From Sphaerodactylus townsendi (taxonomy: Eukaryota), in assembly GCF_021028975.2 (NCBI RefSeq), contig NC_059425.1, positions 38,626,001 through 38,690,000 on the forward strand: DNA of 64,000 bases, in the 5' to 3' direction. The notes beneath the pieces are model-generated. The model was not told the DNA's origin, ran no database searches, and saw nothing but the letters and a program-made list of their open reading frames with translations. Position numbers and translations under genes: made by a program. Positions 25,386 through 37,474 of the stretch are shown here, one piece after another (the first letter of the stretch is position 1; every line of letters begins with the position of its first letter).

Positions 25386-26793
25386 GAGCATGTAGAGGCA
25401 CTAGTGTGGTACTGGTTTAAAAAATAAAAAAATAACAAAGCCTTGTAATATTGATGCAGCGTTTCTCTGATCACAGTTTTATTGGACCATAGAATGGGAA
25501 ATATTGAAGTAATAGTGGGTAGGGTTTGGGGATGGTTTTGCATATAGTTGCAAAGCACCGTGGATCAGTATTCAGGCTAGACAGATACAGGATTGTCTTC
25601 TCATGGAAGGAGTGAGATAATATTTAAAGCAGGACATGAATTGCTTTCTGGATGGGCATTGATTGAAGTGGGATAAAGTTGCAAAAACATTTTTAAATGT
25701 ACATGATATTGGTTTAGAACAGGGGTGAGCTTTGAGTAGTCTACCTTAACCAAATAGCAGTATGCTAACGATGCAAGTAAAGAATGTGAACTTCTGCCAG
25801 ATTCTGTCCCCAGTAGCTAGATGCTGTATTGGGCATTACTTGGTAAATGTGCAATCCTTACAGAACACACATATCCATCAGCTATCCTGATTCAGAAAAC
25901 AAATTAGGTTCTTAAGCCAAAGAAGACTCATTAAATCAAATTACTGTGGTTATCAGTTTAGCCAGGTAGTATGTTGTAGATAGTGTTCATTTTCAGTTTG
26001 TTTCAGGAAATAAATAAAAACATTTTCCAGCCAGCAAGCTGAAAGTCAACATTTTCTGACTTTCCTCTCTTAATGTATTGTCGAATGTTTTTCCTCTCTT
26101 AGCTGAAATATATTTCCTCTCTTAGCTGAAATGGACAGTTTCTTCAGTATCAAACATCCATCCTAGAATTGCCATAAGCAAGAATAACTTCGCAGAGTTG
26201 AATGTTTTGTTAAAATGTAATTCTAATCTCTTGTCTTGGCTGGATATCTACCAGAGCTGGCGGGCCTGTTGCAATATTATGGCCTCACTTTGTTAAGCCC
26301 TTTTCCTTTATAAGAATTCAACTAGATGAGTTTCTGGGAGATTTGCCAAGCTTGAAAAAAAAAAGAACTGTTGGAAGGGTGGGACCTTGGTCAAATTTGG
26401 GAGGAAGGATTTAACAAACCCACAGTTGTGGTTTGCTGTTGAAAGGGAACCTGTCTTTTTCTTCCCCATGGCTAACAACAGCTTCTGTGCATCATCATTT
26501 ATTTTTTTCAGCAGCAGCAACGCAGTATGTGAGAACGACTTTCTTGTTTCCTTGCCTCCCCTGCCAACCACACCACCAAAATAAAACCACAGTGGATAGT
26601 TAAGAAAGTTAAGGGAGCATTTAGAACATCTGTATGTTTTTTGAGTTGTGTAGCTAAGCACGTCTAATTATATTTTATTTTGAAAAGCAGAACACAAAAT
26701 AATAAGCCCAGAGACAGCAGCAGAAATACTTTAAAGCATGATTAAACAAGATTTTTCATTGCACACAACAAAAGATAAGCATATAACATAATA

Positions 26794-27566
26794 CCGTATA
26801 TACTCGCATATAAGCCGAGTTTTTCAGCCCTATTTAAAGGCTGAGAAAAGCCCCCTCGGCTTATACGTGAGTCACCATTTTCTATAAATCACAAGGAGGT
26901 GGGGGCGGGACAACCTCCCTGCCCCTGGGAAGCTGCTTGTTGAGGGTTAAGGGGGAACCCTGAGGCACCCTGGCTGGCTGGGCTTCCTCAAACCCTTCAG
27001 AGGGAGCTCCTTATTTGGGCAGTGACATCAGGGGGAGTCACTGCCCAAATAAGGAACTCCCTCTGCCTGCTCTACTAAGTTTGACAAAGCTCAGCCCATT
27101 TAAGCTGGCAGGCATAGGGAGCTCTTTATTTGGGCAGTGACTCCTGATGTCATCGTTGCCTGGGAGGCTGGATTTTATTTGGCAGTGACTCATGCCCAAA
27201 TAAGGAGCTCGCTCTTGCCTGCTGGCTGGCCTTGACAAAGCTCCAGCTACAGCCAGCCAGCAGGCAGAGCGGAGGCTCCTTATTTGGGCAGTGACTCCCC
27301 CTGATGTCACTGCCCAAATAAGTGAGCTCCCTCTACTCAGCTAGATAGCTTTGTCAAAACTTTCTCCAACTGGCTGAAGCCAGGCAGACAGCTCCTTATT
27401 TCGGCAGTGATTCCCCCTGATGTCACTGCCCAAATAAGGAGTTCCCTCTGCCTCCCGGCTTCCCACCCTCCGCTTATACCTGAGTCAATAAGTTTTCCCA
27501 GGTTTGGGCAGTAAAATTAGGTGCCTCAGCTTATACACGGGTCGGCTTATACACGAGTTTATACGG
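26794..27566. mobile_element. Tc/mariner (Tc2-like TIR) non-autonomous element with expanded CArG palindrome array, copy 2
   Basis: TA|CCGTATATACTCGCATATAAGCCGA...TCGGCTTATACACGAGTTTATACGG; opposite orientation to copy 1. Confidence 0.85.
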
Positions 27567-28323
27567 CAGTTAAAAGGTGATCATATCAAATCCAGTGAAC
27601 TCTTTTTAGAAATCTGCAAACAATTATTTTTCCACTCTCTTGCTATGTAACTTTTTAGCCTATATGAATATGTCATCAATTGAAAGGCAACAGCAAATAT
27701 GTTGGAATAATTGAGATTGTCCCATGGCTTATGCAAATTTTCTATGCCTTCTTTAATTTTAGCATGAAATATTTTTATGATATGGCATTGGGAAGAATTA
27801 AGTATGTTGTCCCCAGCTTCATGGAGGAAAAGCTGAAGTTAAAAATGATAATTATAAGGAAAAACAATTAAATGCTACAGGCTGGATAAGTTCTTAAAAA
27901 TCTTTTAAAAGTTTGATCTTCTATTCCATTCTTCCTCAGACTAAAACCAAATGAACAGATAATGTAAAAAAAATTTTTTGTCTTGGATATATTTAGAATT
28001 GACAAAAGTTAAATATTCAGGCTAGAATAATAAGTACACTTATTAACGATCCCAATTGTTGTTGGACCCCCACCCCAGAATGGTCCTCTTAAGGTAAAGC
28101 TACATATTATGAGAGAAATAAGTAATCTGATAGAAGTACAGAACTGCCTGGATGAGCTTTTGATGAAACTCTCAGCAGGCAAGCAATGAGTCAGACAACA
28201 CACATTTTGCTTGATCAATCTCCTTTGCCAAATGCCCTTTCCTGCCCTTACATTTGCAATATCTGGGAAATCGATGGGCATGTTTTTGGAATATGCCTTT
28301 GCTGAAGTAGATAGAGTTCTGTC

Positions 28324-29745
28324 CAGAAGTGTACTGGCATAAAGTGGTGCCCAGGGGCAAGGCCTTGTTTTTGTGCACACATCCCCCCCGGCACACACAC
28401 CCTGCCCCCATGCCCCCAGTCTCCAATAGAGGTGGGAGCCATGCCCACAGTCATGGCCAGGCAGCAGAGGCCGGCCCAAGAGCTGACGGGACGGGTGCCC
28501 ACCTGACAGCCGGCCGGCAGCCACAGCGCTCCTGCAGCCAGCCTGGCTCCTCCTGGGCCCTCAGCAGGTGTGCCTGGCCTGAGTCATGGATGGGGCCGGG
28601 GCGGCGGGAGGTGGAGCGCGCTCGGCGGGTCTGTCTGGCACGCCCTCTGAAAGGGGCCGGCCTTTTATTCCCTCCCACCGATGGGAGGCAGCTGTCACAT
28701 GGCTCCTGTCATGAGCGGACCCCTGGGTACTTACCAGGACACAGAGGACTCTGAGGCAGAACCTGAGGACACAGTGCAGGCAGAGTTGGCTGCTCCTAGG
28801 GAAGACTAGGCAGCAGAGCCAATGCCCAATCCTTCCCTGCCTGATGACATATAGGTGGAGGAGCCTGCAGATCCTCCTAGGGAACCCAGTGATGAGCCCG
28901 CTGTGCATAGGAGGCAGAAGCAGAGGCTGCTACTGCAGAAGCAAAGAAGGCGTTCTCGTTTGGCAGCAAGGTATGGGAGATTAGAAGTCTCTGCATCTGA
29001 TGAGGAGTAACTTCTCACAGAATCCCAGCCCCCTGAACAAGGTTCTCTATATAAGCCTTGCTGTGAGCTTGCTTCTGCCTGGGTGCAACAAGTGTGTTAC
29101 CTGTCGCCACTGGGTGCCTGGTTCTGCATTGCCCTGCGGCGTCAGACCCGGCCACGTCCCTGCCTGCTAGCAGCATAGCTCCCCACGTCAGAGGGAGCGC
29201 AGGGAGAAGCCGACCGCCCACTTCAGCCTCTTTCTCTTGTGGGGCCGGCAGGCCTGTGGAAGACTTTGGCTGCTTTGGGGGGGGGGGGGAGGCACCCAGG
29301 CACCATGGCACCATGGCACCATTTTGCCCTGAGCTCCATCTTCTCCCCCTACTCCCCTGTATTGTGTAGTTTGGTTCTGGTGGTTTTTGTGGAGAACCAA
29401 AAGCCAACTGAAGACCGTGTTAGGCCCTGTTGTTGTTGTTTTCTTTCTGTTAAACCAAATATATTTTAAGCAAAAATAAATGACAGAACCAGTGGTGTAC
29501 CTGCCAGAGAGACATGGAGTCACCCATGTCTGGTCATGTGGGGGGGGGCACAAAACCCTAACCCCTCTCCCACTTACCTTTTTCTAACCCTAACCCCCTT
29601 CCCACTTACTTTTTTCTATGGACTGGAAAAAGGTTCAGGCTGGCTTGGGCGTGGGGTGAAGGGTCAGAGGGCTCTTTTCGGCCCCCCTCCCCGGGCATGT
29701 GCTTGGTGCGTGGCCCAGTCCCTGCCCCTTATACCTACGCCTCTG
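28324..29745. mobile_element. Two rearranged hAT MITEs with a nested LTR fragment
   Basis: Four hAT-like termini: CAGAAGTGTA at 28324, TACTCCCCTG ending 29359, CAGTGGTGTA at 29490 and TACGCCTCTG ending 29745. Their 8-bp flanks pair only in inverted fashion (see findings). Confidence 0.65.
28707..29100 (+). mobile_element. Truncated LTR-like sequence (U3 plus TATA)
   Basis: Starts TGTCA, has a purine-rich body and TATATAA at 29048-29054; no 3' CA end or TSD identified. Confidence 0.4.
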
Positions 29746-30324
29746 ACGTGATACCTTTTTCATGGGTTTTACGATCCCCATAACCACACAGAAGTTGCAG
29801 GGAAAAAGGACTCCTGATTTCCTCACCCCCCACCCCAGCAGTTTTATTTTGTGAAAAGAGCATGCAGGGCGTGTTACTTTCACTGATTTTGTTGCTCTGC
29901 GTGGAGCAGCAAAATAGTCCCCAGTGCAATTTTCTTACGAGAAAAACGATTGGGGGGGGGGTTAGGATCCTCCTTCACTTCTCCATTCCCCCCTCTCCTT
30001 TTAAAGAAGCGTTTCTCTACAATTACTGTGTGCCTATGGGAAACATGAAAATGTGGGGGGAAAAAGTTAACATGTAGTTTACCTTTCAGTCAGATGTGTT
30101 CTTGTGAGTTATCCACTGGGAACTGAATCCCCCAGGATAAAAGATTTCATTTAGTTCAGGACCACGAAGAGCTTATTCTCTCCCCTGCCCTACTCACAGT
30201 TTTCCTGATCTGAAACAGCTCTAGAATAGTGCTGCCTTGGAGAATACTTGTGGAGCTTTACAGCCCCTCTGTTTTTAGGACAGCAAAGTGATGCAGGCAT
30301 CAAGTCCCTTCTCCCTATTCATCT

Positions 30325-30400
30325 AGTATTATAGTATTCTATAGTATTCTATATTATAGTATTCTATAGTATTATAGTATAGCATCTAGCATATAGTATT
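30325..30400. repeat. (ATAGTATTCT)n-like simple repeat
   Basis: Seen directly in the sequence. Confidence 0.85.
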
Positions 30401-31393
30401 CTCTTTCCCTTTCATAAGCACAGAGCTCATGTGAAACATCTAGAAAGTTTATAGACAATACGTTCTCTCAATGCTTTTTCTTCAGAACATATGTAAATAA
30501 AATTATGTAAATAAAATTATGTAAATAAGACATGTACACAAAATTATCTACTAACTTTTCTTTTTCTGTAAAGAAGCCTTCACGTATACCCTTGATTTGC
30601 ATTGTTTGTGCTCAGATTGATAATAATGGCACACTGAGCTGTAAAATGCCTGTTACCAGTAATAAGATCCTGTTGCTTGGGACTCTAACTTTAGTACAAG
30701 AGAAGCTTGTGGACTCTTTTCCTATTAAAATAGAACTTTATCTTTGCAGAAACTGCATGTTTGGTTTAATGCTTTCTACAAAACGTCTCACACTGACACA
30801 ATTACTCTTCTCTTAGCTCAGTCATTTTTCTGTTTGATAAGTCGTTGTTGTCCACACACACGCACCCCCTCGCAGTGCAAAGGGGCAAGCCTTAGCTCCT
30901 TATTGTGATTGGATGAAATAAGTTAACACTGTAAAACTAGTTTCAGTGTGAAAAATACAGAACTGGATTGGTAGCAATACACTGTTACTGCTTAATGAAA
31001 TATACTTACCGTACCCCAACAGGGTTTCCCCCCCCCCCACCTCATAAAACCTGGTTTTGCTGTTTTTGATTCCACATTTACAAAATCTGTTTTTGGTATT
31101 TTTCCTTTTTGTTTGTTTTCCAGGCAGTTACCAGTTTTTAACTGTGAAAGCTTCGTGTTTTTGTCACACATAATTTCCAGTGTTTCTTGGGTTATATTAA
31201 AATTTCATTGTGAAGGCTTCATATCCCATTGTCATTCGACAGCATAAGGTTAATAGCTTTTGGTTAAGTACCCCTAGCGGAAGCTCAAGCATTCATTTCT
31301 GTCCTTAGTTTCAGCATTTAACTTCCATCTGTTCTTCTCCCCTTTTTCTTTCATCTTCCCGTTTCCGTTTTTCCTTATGCTATGACATAAAAG

Positions 31394-31477
31394 TGGTTGC
31401 ACTGAAAAGACTGCCCTTTTTGAGGAACAGACCGAAGGAAAAAGACAAAATGAAGGCCTTCTACCGTCGCTCCATGT
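31394..31477 (+). CDS. CCDC88A: Girdin 84-nt frame-preserving exon (MVALKRLPFLRNRPKEKDKMKAFYRRSM), probably a cassette exon
   Basis: AAAAG|TG and T|GTAAGA; phase 1/1; peptide matches the basic Girdin segment. Confidence 0.92.
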
Positions 31478-32407
31478 GTAAGATTTTATGACAGTTCAGC
31501 TTCTTTTTCAATGGCTACACTGGCTTCCATTACTAATTTCACTAACTATACCCTGGACTGCACTGCTTTTTTCCCCGTTTTGCAAAGTGCAAGTCCTGCT
31601 GTAATACAAGGAGCTGAAGCAATGTTTCTGAACACCTGAACACTATTTACACATATGCAGTGAATGCACATATTTATGTTCAATGTGTAGAATTTATATA
31701 TATTTGAACATACATATTACACACATGTATACAAAAATGCAGTGCACTCAGTTTTGAAATGTTGAACTCCACTTTGAGTAACCAGTTCTATAAAGCTTTA
31801 AAACAATACATTTATAAAGTCTTCGATGTAAAAATAAATACTAGCCTCTTAATCATTCCAAGTCCGGAGGAGAGAAAAACATATATTTTTGTCATCTCTT
31901 CTTCAATGAAGTGTCCTTTTCAAAGTTGGGGGAAGGGCTGCAGTGTTTGTAGCATAGTAAAAATAGCTGTCTCGGGATGCATTTATTTCAGATCCTCTCT
32001 GTGGTGTTATGCAACATAGACTATCCCTGCAGAAGCCTGCACTGAACAATGATTTTTAATCATTGCTGACACTGATTTTTGTATAGCCTTTCTGCTCATC
32101 TTACCCTGTTCATTTCATTTTGTCATTGCAAAACATATCAGAGCTTCTAACATATATATTTATCTGCTGTACAGCACTCCAGCACAAGCATGGCGGTTGT
32201 AGCTAATAAAAAGTGATTACGAGACAGCTTTGGCTTTTTAACACTTTTCATTCATTCAGCCAATTGCATGCTATAACTTGTATTAATTTGTGACTGTAGC
32301 TTTCGGTATGCTTTGATGCTTAGATAAATGTGAGGCATTTACAGTCAAAATAAAAAGATAAAAAACATTGAGCCATGCTGATTCATTTGCTTTCATTTGC
32401 ATCCCAG

Positions 32408-32611
32408 CCATGAATGACCTGGTGCAGTCCATGGTCCTAGCAGGAGGACAATGGCCAGGTAGTTCTGAGCACCTGGAGGGTCCTGATGATATATCTACGG
32501 GTAAAAGGAGAAAAGAATTGGGATCTATGGCCTTCTCTACTACATCCATCAACTTTGCAACTGCCAACTCTGCTGCAGGCTTGAGATCCAAGCAGTTGCT
32601 TAATAATAAAG
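32408..32611 (+). CDS. CCDC88A: Girdin exon (MNDLVQSMVLAG...LLNNK)
   Basis: CCCAG|CC and G|GTATAG. Confidence 0.95.
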
Positions 32612-32937
32612 GTATAGGTAGAACCTTTTCAAAGTGTGCTGTGGTTGTGTTGGTAACAGTAGCATTGTTGGAATCTGTTCGTGTTCTCATGTCACATTCT
32701 TTTCCATCAAAATAGACACCCTGGATTAACTGAATTGTGGAACTGTGAATTAATTGGATAGAAAGGCATTTCCATTCTAGTAAAATTCTTTTTTGGAAAG
32801 GGGGGGCGGGCACGACACATTGTGAGATTAGTTAAAGAACTAAATGTAATTCCAATATAAAATATATCTTATCATTTGATAGATAATCAATTTGAAATAC
32901 GTTTTTGCAATGCAGATGTGTTTTGTTTCCCACCCAG

Positions 32938-33009
32938 ATGCTACATCTTTTGAAGATGTAAGTCCACAAGGAATTAGTGATGATTCTAGTACTGGATCAA
33001 GAATTCATG
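32938..33009 (+). CDS. CCDC88A: Girdin exon (DATSFEDVSPQGISDDSSTGSRIH)
   Basis: CCCAG|AT and G|GTAAGA; 72 nt. Confidence 0.94.
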
Positions 33010-33879
33010 GTAAGATTTGCACTTCAACAGAGTGCAGAACAGAAGACCTGTGACAGGAATGCTACTTAAGTTTGTCCAGAAATAGAAAATAACCAGCATT
33101 GCAAGTTTGCATGCTCTTGCATCTCATCTAATTGTATGGAACCTTTCCCATTTCTTTCATTCTAATTCCTTTCTTTTGTGCACCTGAACAGTGTAATCTA
33201 GAATGTCATAGAGTTTAATTGTGAATTAGCTTTTTATTTGAGAAACGCATATCAAAATGCATCCAATACATTTTTCCATCAAAATGTAATGTGGTTATAC
33301 AAATATTTAAAGTTACAATAGAATCTTTATTAAAAATAGATTGTTTTTATAAGTACAAACCAATTTGATCTGAGTAGTGCATTTTTAAGACAGCTTAACA
33401 TTTTAAGACATCTTAATGCTGCCTGTATCGGTTAGGAGTACAGGACATTATCTGTACAGGTGCTCTTGCTCCTCTGGTTGGTGGCATTTCTGCAACGTGC
33501 CTAGTTCCATGTCAGATCTGTTGTAAGTGCCTTAATCACAACTACTTTTCTGTTTCTTTTGAAAGCTGTTTCTTTTGAAATCCGATTTCTTTTTTCAGCA
33601 GTAAACCAATTCTGATTATAAATATGCTTCCCCTGCCCCCCCCTTCTTTACTGCTCCTAAAGTGATCTGTTCAAGAGTGTTTTCGTAGACTGCCTGGAAA
33701 TGACCTTTTTTCCTGCCTGAAGGGAACCACACTTTTAACAGTGTATATCCTGAGCTTATGCAAGACCAGTAGTGCATGATTTTCTGACTCAGAGCATTTT
33801 ATGATCAGAATGTACTAGGCATAGTACCATCTGCTATGGCTATGTGCTTTATGCTGTCTACTGATTTTTTTTCATTTAG

Positions 33880-33960
33880 CTTCCAGACCAGCCAGCCTTG
33901 ATAGTGGCAGAACATCCACTAGCAATAGCAATAATAATGCCTCACTCCATGAAATCAAAG
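33880..33960 (+). CDS. CCDC88A: Girdin exon (ASRPASLDSGRTSTSNSNNNASLHEIK)
   Basis: TTTAG|CT and G|GTATGC; 81 nt. Confidence 0.95.
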
Positions 33961-34477
33961 GTATGCTTCTAGGCAAGTTGACACTTGTGCTTCATCATGT
34001 GTTTTGAGAGGGAGAGAAACAAACAACTCATGGCATGTGGGATTTCGTTTCCTTTGATCATTTTTACACATTTAATTCCTTTTAAATGAGGTTTTGATGT
34101 GGAGTGGCCTCTGAGTTTCAATTCATATTATGAAAGAAAATAAATAATGAATATTACAAACCTTTATATATTTGCATGCACCACTCTGGTTTGTCTGCAT
34201 AGACCATTATGCTGATACAACATCACTAGCTGTGATGTTGTAGCAGTATTAGAAGGCTGCACTTTGATGCTGCATGCAGATCTTTCTGTTAATATGTTTA
34301 TCAGGGATAGTTTATTCCTGTATTTAAAATATGCTTCTATAAATTTGGTTGGATCCAGACTGAACTGGCAATTTCCATCAATTCCCCTGTCTGCTGCAAA
34401 GACTGTGGCAAACAGGAAGAAGAAGAAAAGAAAGCTGAAGCAGGAATATTGTCGAAGGCCTTCACGGCTGACATGTA

Positions 34478-34615
34478 CTGGCTGTTGTGGTTTTCCAGGC
34501 TGTGTGGTCATAGTCTGGTAGTTTTTGCTCCTTACTCTTTGCCTGCAACTATGGCTGGCATCTTCAGAGGCATAGCCTTGGCCACACAGCCCGGAAAACC
34601 TACAATAGCCAGTCG
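34478..34615. mobile_element. Penelope pLTR fold-back remnant
   Basis: GGCTGTTGTGGTTTTCCAGGCTGTGTGG is inverted relative to CCACACAGCCCGGAAAACCTACAATAGCC; homologous to 500-600. Confidence 0.7.
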
Positions 34616-34879
34616 ATGCAAGAGCGTTGTTTTATAGGAGGCAATAAACTTTTTTTACTTGGACAGAGTGATGGAAAGAAAATACAGAATGGGTAGAGTC
34701 TGTGAAGTGAAAATGGGATGGATGGGAAAGAGAGAATGTGGTGCAAAGGACACAAGGGTGATAAAGTAGAAAGAGAACAGTGGTACATAGAAGAAAAATG
34801 AAAATGAGAACTATTGCATGAGGAGTGGGAGGACATGCAAGAAAACTGAAGAGACTAACAATATATGCAAAGTTCTAGA

Positions 34880-36700
34880 TTGAATGATTTATGCTGCCAG
34901 TTTGGGGTGGGCGCTGCGATTCCCCAAGCTTATTGTCCTGGGGGACTTCAACGTCCATGTGGATACGGCCTCGTGTCGTGCGGCTGTGGATCTAGTGTCA
35001 TCCGTGGTGACACTAGACCTGTCTCTTGTCAACATTGATCCCACACATCGGGCGAGTCACACCCTGGATTTGATTTTTGGGGTGGGAATTGATGTGGTCG
35101 TATCCTCTATTAGTAGAGTGCCATGGTTTGACCATTTCGCCCTGAAGGTTCGGGTGGAGTTGCCATCCTACTCCAGTCTAGTCTAAGAGCAGATTTTAGC
35201 TCACTTGCAGAGACTTATGGATCCACTTTGTTTCCAGAATGCTCTGAGGGACCCACTGGCATCCTCAATGAGCAAGTAAATGACTGATACTCCAGGCTGT
35301 TGAATGCCATCAAGTTAATTGCTCTCCGCCGTCCTCTGCGCTCTCATCCTTGATGTGCTCCCTGGTATACAGAGGAGTTGAGTTCGAGGAAATGAGCTCA
35401 GATGACTTGAGAGACTGTGGAGGAAAAATCATGGCAAGGCATGATTATAAAAGCATATAAGTTGGCGATAAAGGAGGCCAAGAAAGATTACTTCTCCTCC
35501 TCTATTGCATCCACATGCTCTCACCCAACACAATCTTTCATTTCTGGGCAAGGTAATTGAGAGAGTGGTGTTGGAGCAGTTACAGACTTTCCTGAATGAT
35601 ATATCGGCACTGGATCCCTTCCAGTCTGGCTTCTGTGCTGAGCATGGGGCAGAGACTGTGCTGGTCACTGTCACAGACAAGCTCCACTTACAGCTTGACC
35701 AAGATGGGTCAGCGCTGCTAGTATTATTAAATCTTACTGTAGCATTTGACATAGTCGATCATGATGTTTTGACCCACCACTTTGCTGGCACAGTGATCGG
35801 GGCACAGCTTTATGCTGGTTGGCCTTGTTTCTCCGTTGTCGGAGACAGCAGGTGAATTGTGGGGGCAGGACCTCCTAGAGGAGCCCTATCATGCGTGGGG
35901 TGCCACAGTGATCTCTCTTGTCCCCGCTGTTACTAAACTTAATGTCCCCTTGCTCAACTGGTGCAGAGCTTTGGGCTGAGTTGTTATCAGTACGCAGATG
36001 ACAGTCAGCTCATTCTGTTGACGGAGGGCCGGCCAGCCACCGCCCCTGCGGCTCTCCAGCACTGTTTGGAAGCAGTAGCTGGTTGGTTGAGGCAGAGTAG
36101 ATTGAGACTAAACCCAGTGAAGACAGAGGTCTTGTGGATAGGTCGGGGGGGAGGGGGGGGCTGGTGGAGTTCCAGCTGCAACACTGGACAGGGTGACTAT
36201 CAAAGTGGCCATCTCAGTCAGGAGCCGGGGGGTCCATCTGGAGCCGTCAACGAAGGCCCAGGTGGCCCATATAGTGAGGGTGACATTTTTCCACCTTTGC
36301 CAGGCTCGGCAGCTGGCTCCATATCTCTCCTGTAATGACCTGGCCACAGTGATCCATGCAATGGCCACCTCTAGGCTGGACTATTGTAACTCTCTCTACT
36401 CTGGCCTTCCCTTGTCCCTGATTTGGCATTTAAAACTGGTTCAGCATGTGGTGGCACGTTTCACCGTGGGAGCATATCACCCCAGTGCTCCGTGAGTTAC
36501 ATTGGCTGCCAGTAGAGTTCCGAATCAGGTTCAAGGTGTTGGTTTTAACCTTTAAGGCCATTAGTGGGCTGGGACCCTCTTATTTTAGGGACCAGCTTTC
36601 CCCCTATTGCCCCACATGTGCCCTCCGATCAGCGGAGGCTAATCTACTGGCAATATCTGGTCCCTTTTTGGTGTGACTGGCCTCGACAAGGCAGCCCTGC
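34880..36700 (+). mobile_element. L2-clade LINE, degenerate APE plus RT with internal deletions
   Basis: Motifs LGDFNVHVD, DPFQSGF, AFDIVDH, YADDSQL, SRLDYCNSL and LHWLPV..RIRFK, interrupted by stops and frameshifts. Confidence 0.9.
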
Positions 36701-37205
36701 TGGGATCCACACAAATACTACGCCAATACATTACAACTTCCTAGGCCTCTGGGTGAGGCTCAAACTGTAATGAAAGGCCAACAATCAGCTAAAGGTCTGG
36801 CAGCTGTGAAATCTACCATAAAAATAATAAATAAGAGCAAGTCAACATTCTTTACATAGTTATGCTAAACATGAAGTGAACCATAAAGACACCCAGTATA
36901 TTTAGTGTCCTGGAAACCAGTATTTTTGAGAGAGGTTAAAAATGAAGAATATTATTTTTATATTTAAAAAATGAAGTGTCACTCTGAAGAGCCGTAACAG
37001 GTAAGTAAAGTGAATGAAACGGTATCTCATGTGGCATTGCAGTGGGTCTGTGAATATCTTGTAATAACTGTCTCTTCACTTCGTTGAAGAAAAGCAGCCA
37101 AATAATATCAAGGAGCCTTGTGTATCATTCGGGATGTACTTTTTAAAGTTTTTAAATTTATTTGTTTAATGTAATAAAGCTGTCAATGCTGTTTGCTCCA
37201 AAAAG

Positions 37206-37474
37206 CAGGTGCAGTTAATAATCAAAGCAGGCCACAAAGCCACAGCAGTGGAGAATTTAGCCTTCTTCATGATCACGAAGCATGGTCCAGCAGCAGCAGC
37301 AGTCCTGTCCAGTATCTGAAAAGCCACACCAAGTCTAGTCCGATACTCCATCATAGACTGTCAGAAACCCTGGACAGACAAGGAACGTGGAAAATTAAGA
37401 CCGACTCTCCTGGCAGTGAAGTGGTTTCCCTGCAGCAGTTTTTAGAAGAAAGTAATAAGGTTATTTCAACTGAG
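37206..37474 (+). CDS. CCDC88A: Girdin exon with the G-alpha binding and activating (GBA/GEM) motif KTDSPGSEVVSLQQFLEESNK (37397-37459)
   Basis: AAG|CAG tandem acceptor and GAG|GTGAGC donor; GBA consensus intact. Confidence 0.95.

Noticed and set aside
25033-25558. Poly-Ser/Arg/Glu/Lys ORFs
   Set aside because: Translations of the (TTC)n SINE tail.
27000-27445. Repeat-spacer pattern resembling a CRISPR array
   Set aside because: Eukaryotic intron, enclosed by transposon TIRs, with mutually related spacers and no cas genes.
28009-29929. Many 70-170-aa ORFs on both strands
   Set aside because: Arise from GC-rich hAT/LTR sequence; no homology signal.
32283-32813. 176-aa antisense ORF over a Girdin exon
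   Set aside because: Shadow of the coding strand; non-ATG start and no recognisable domain.
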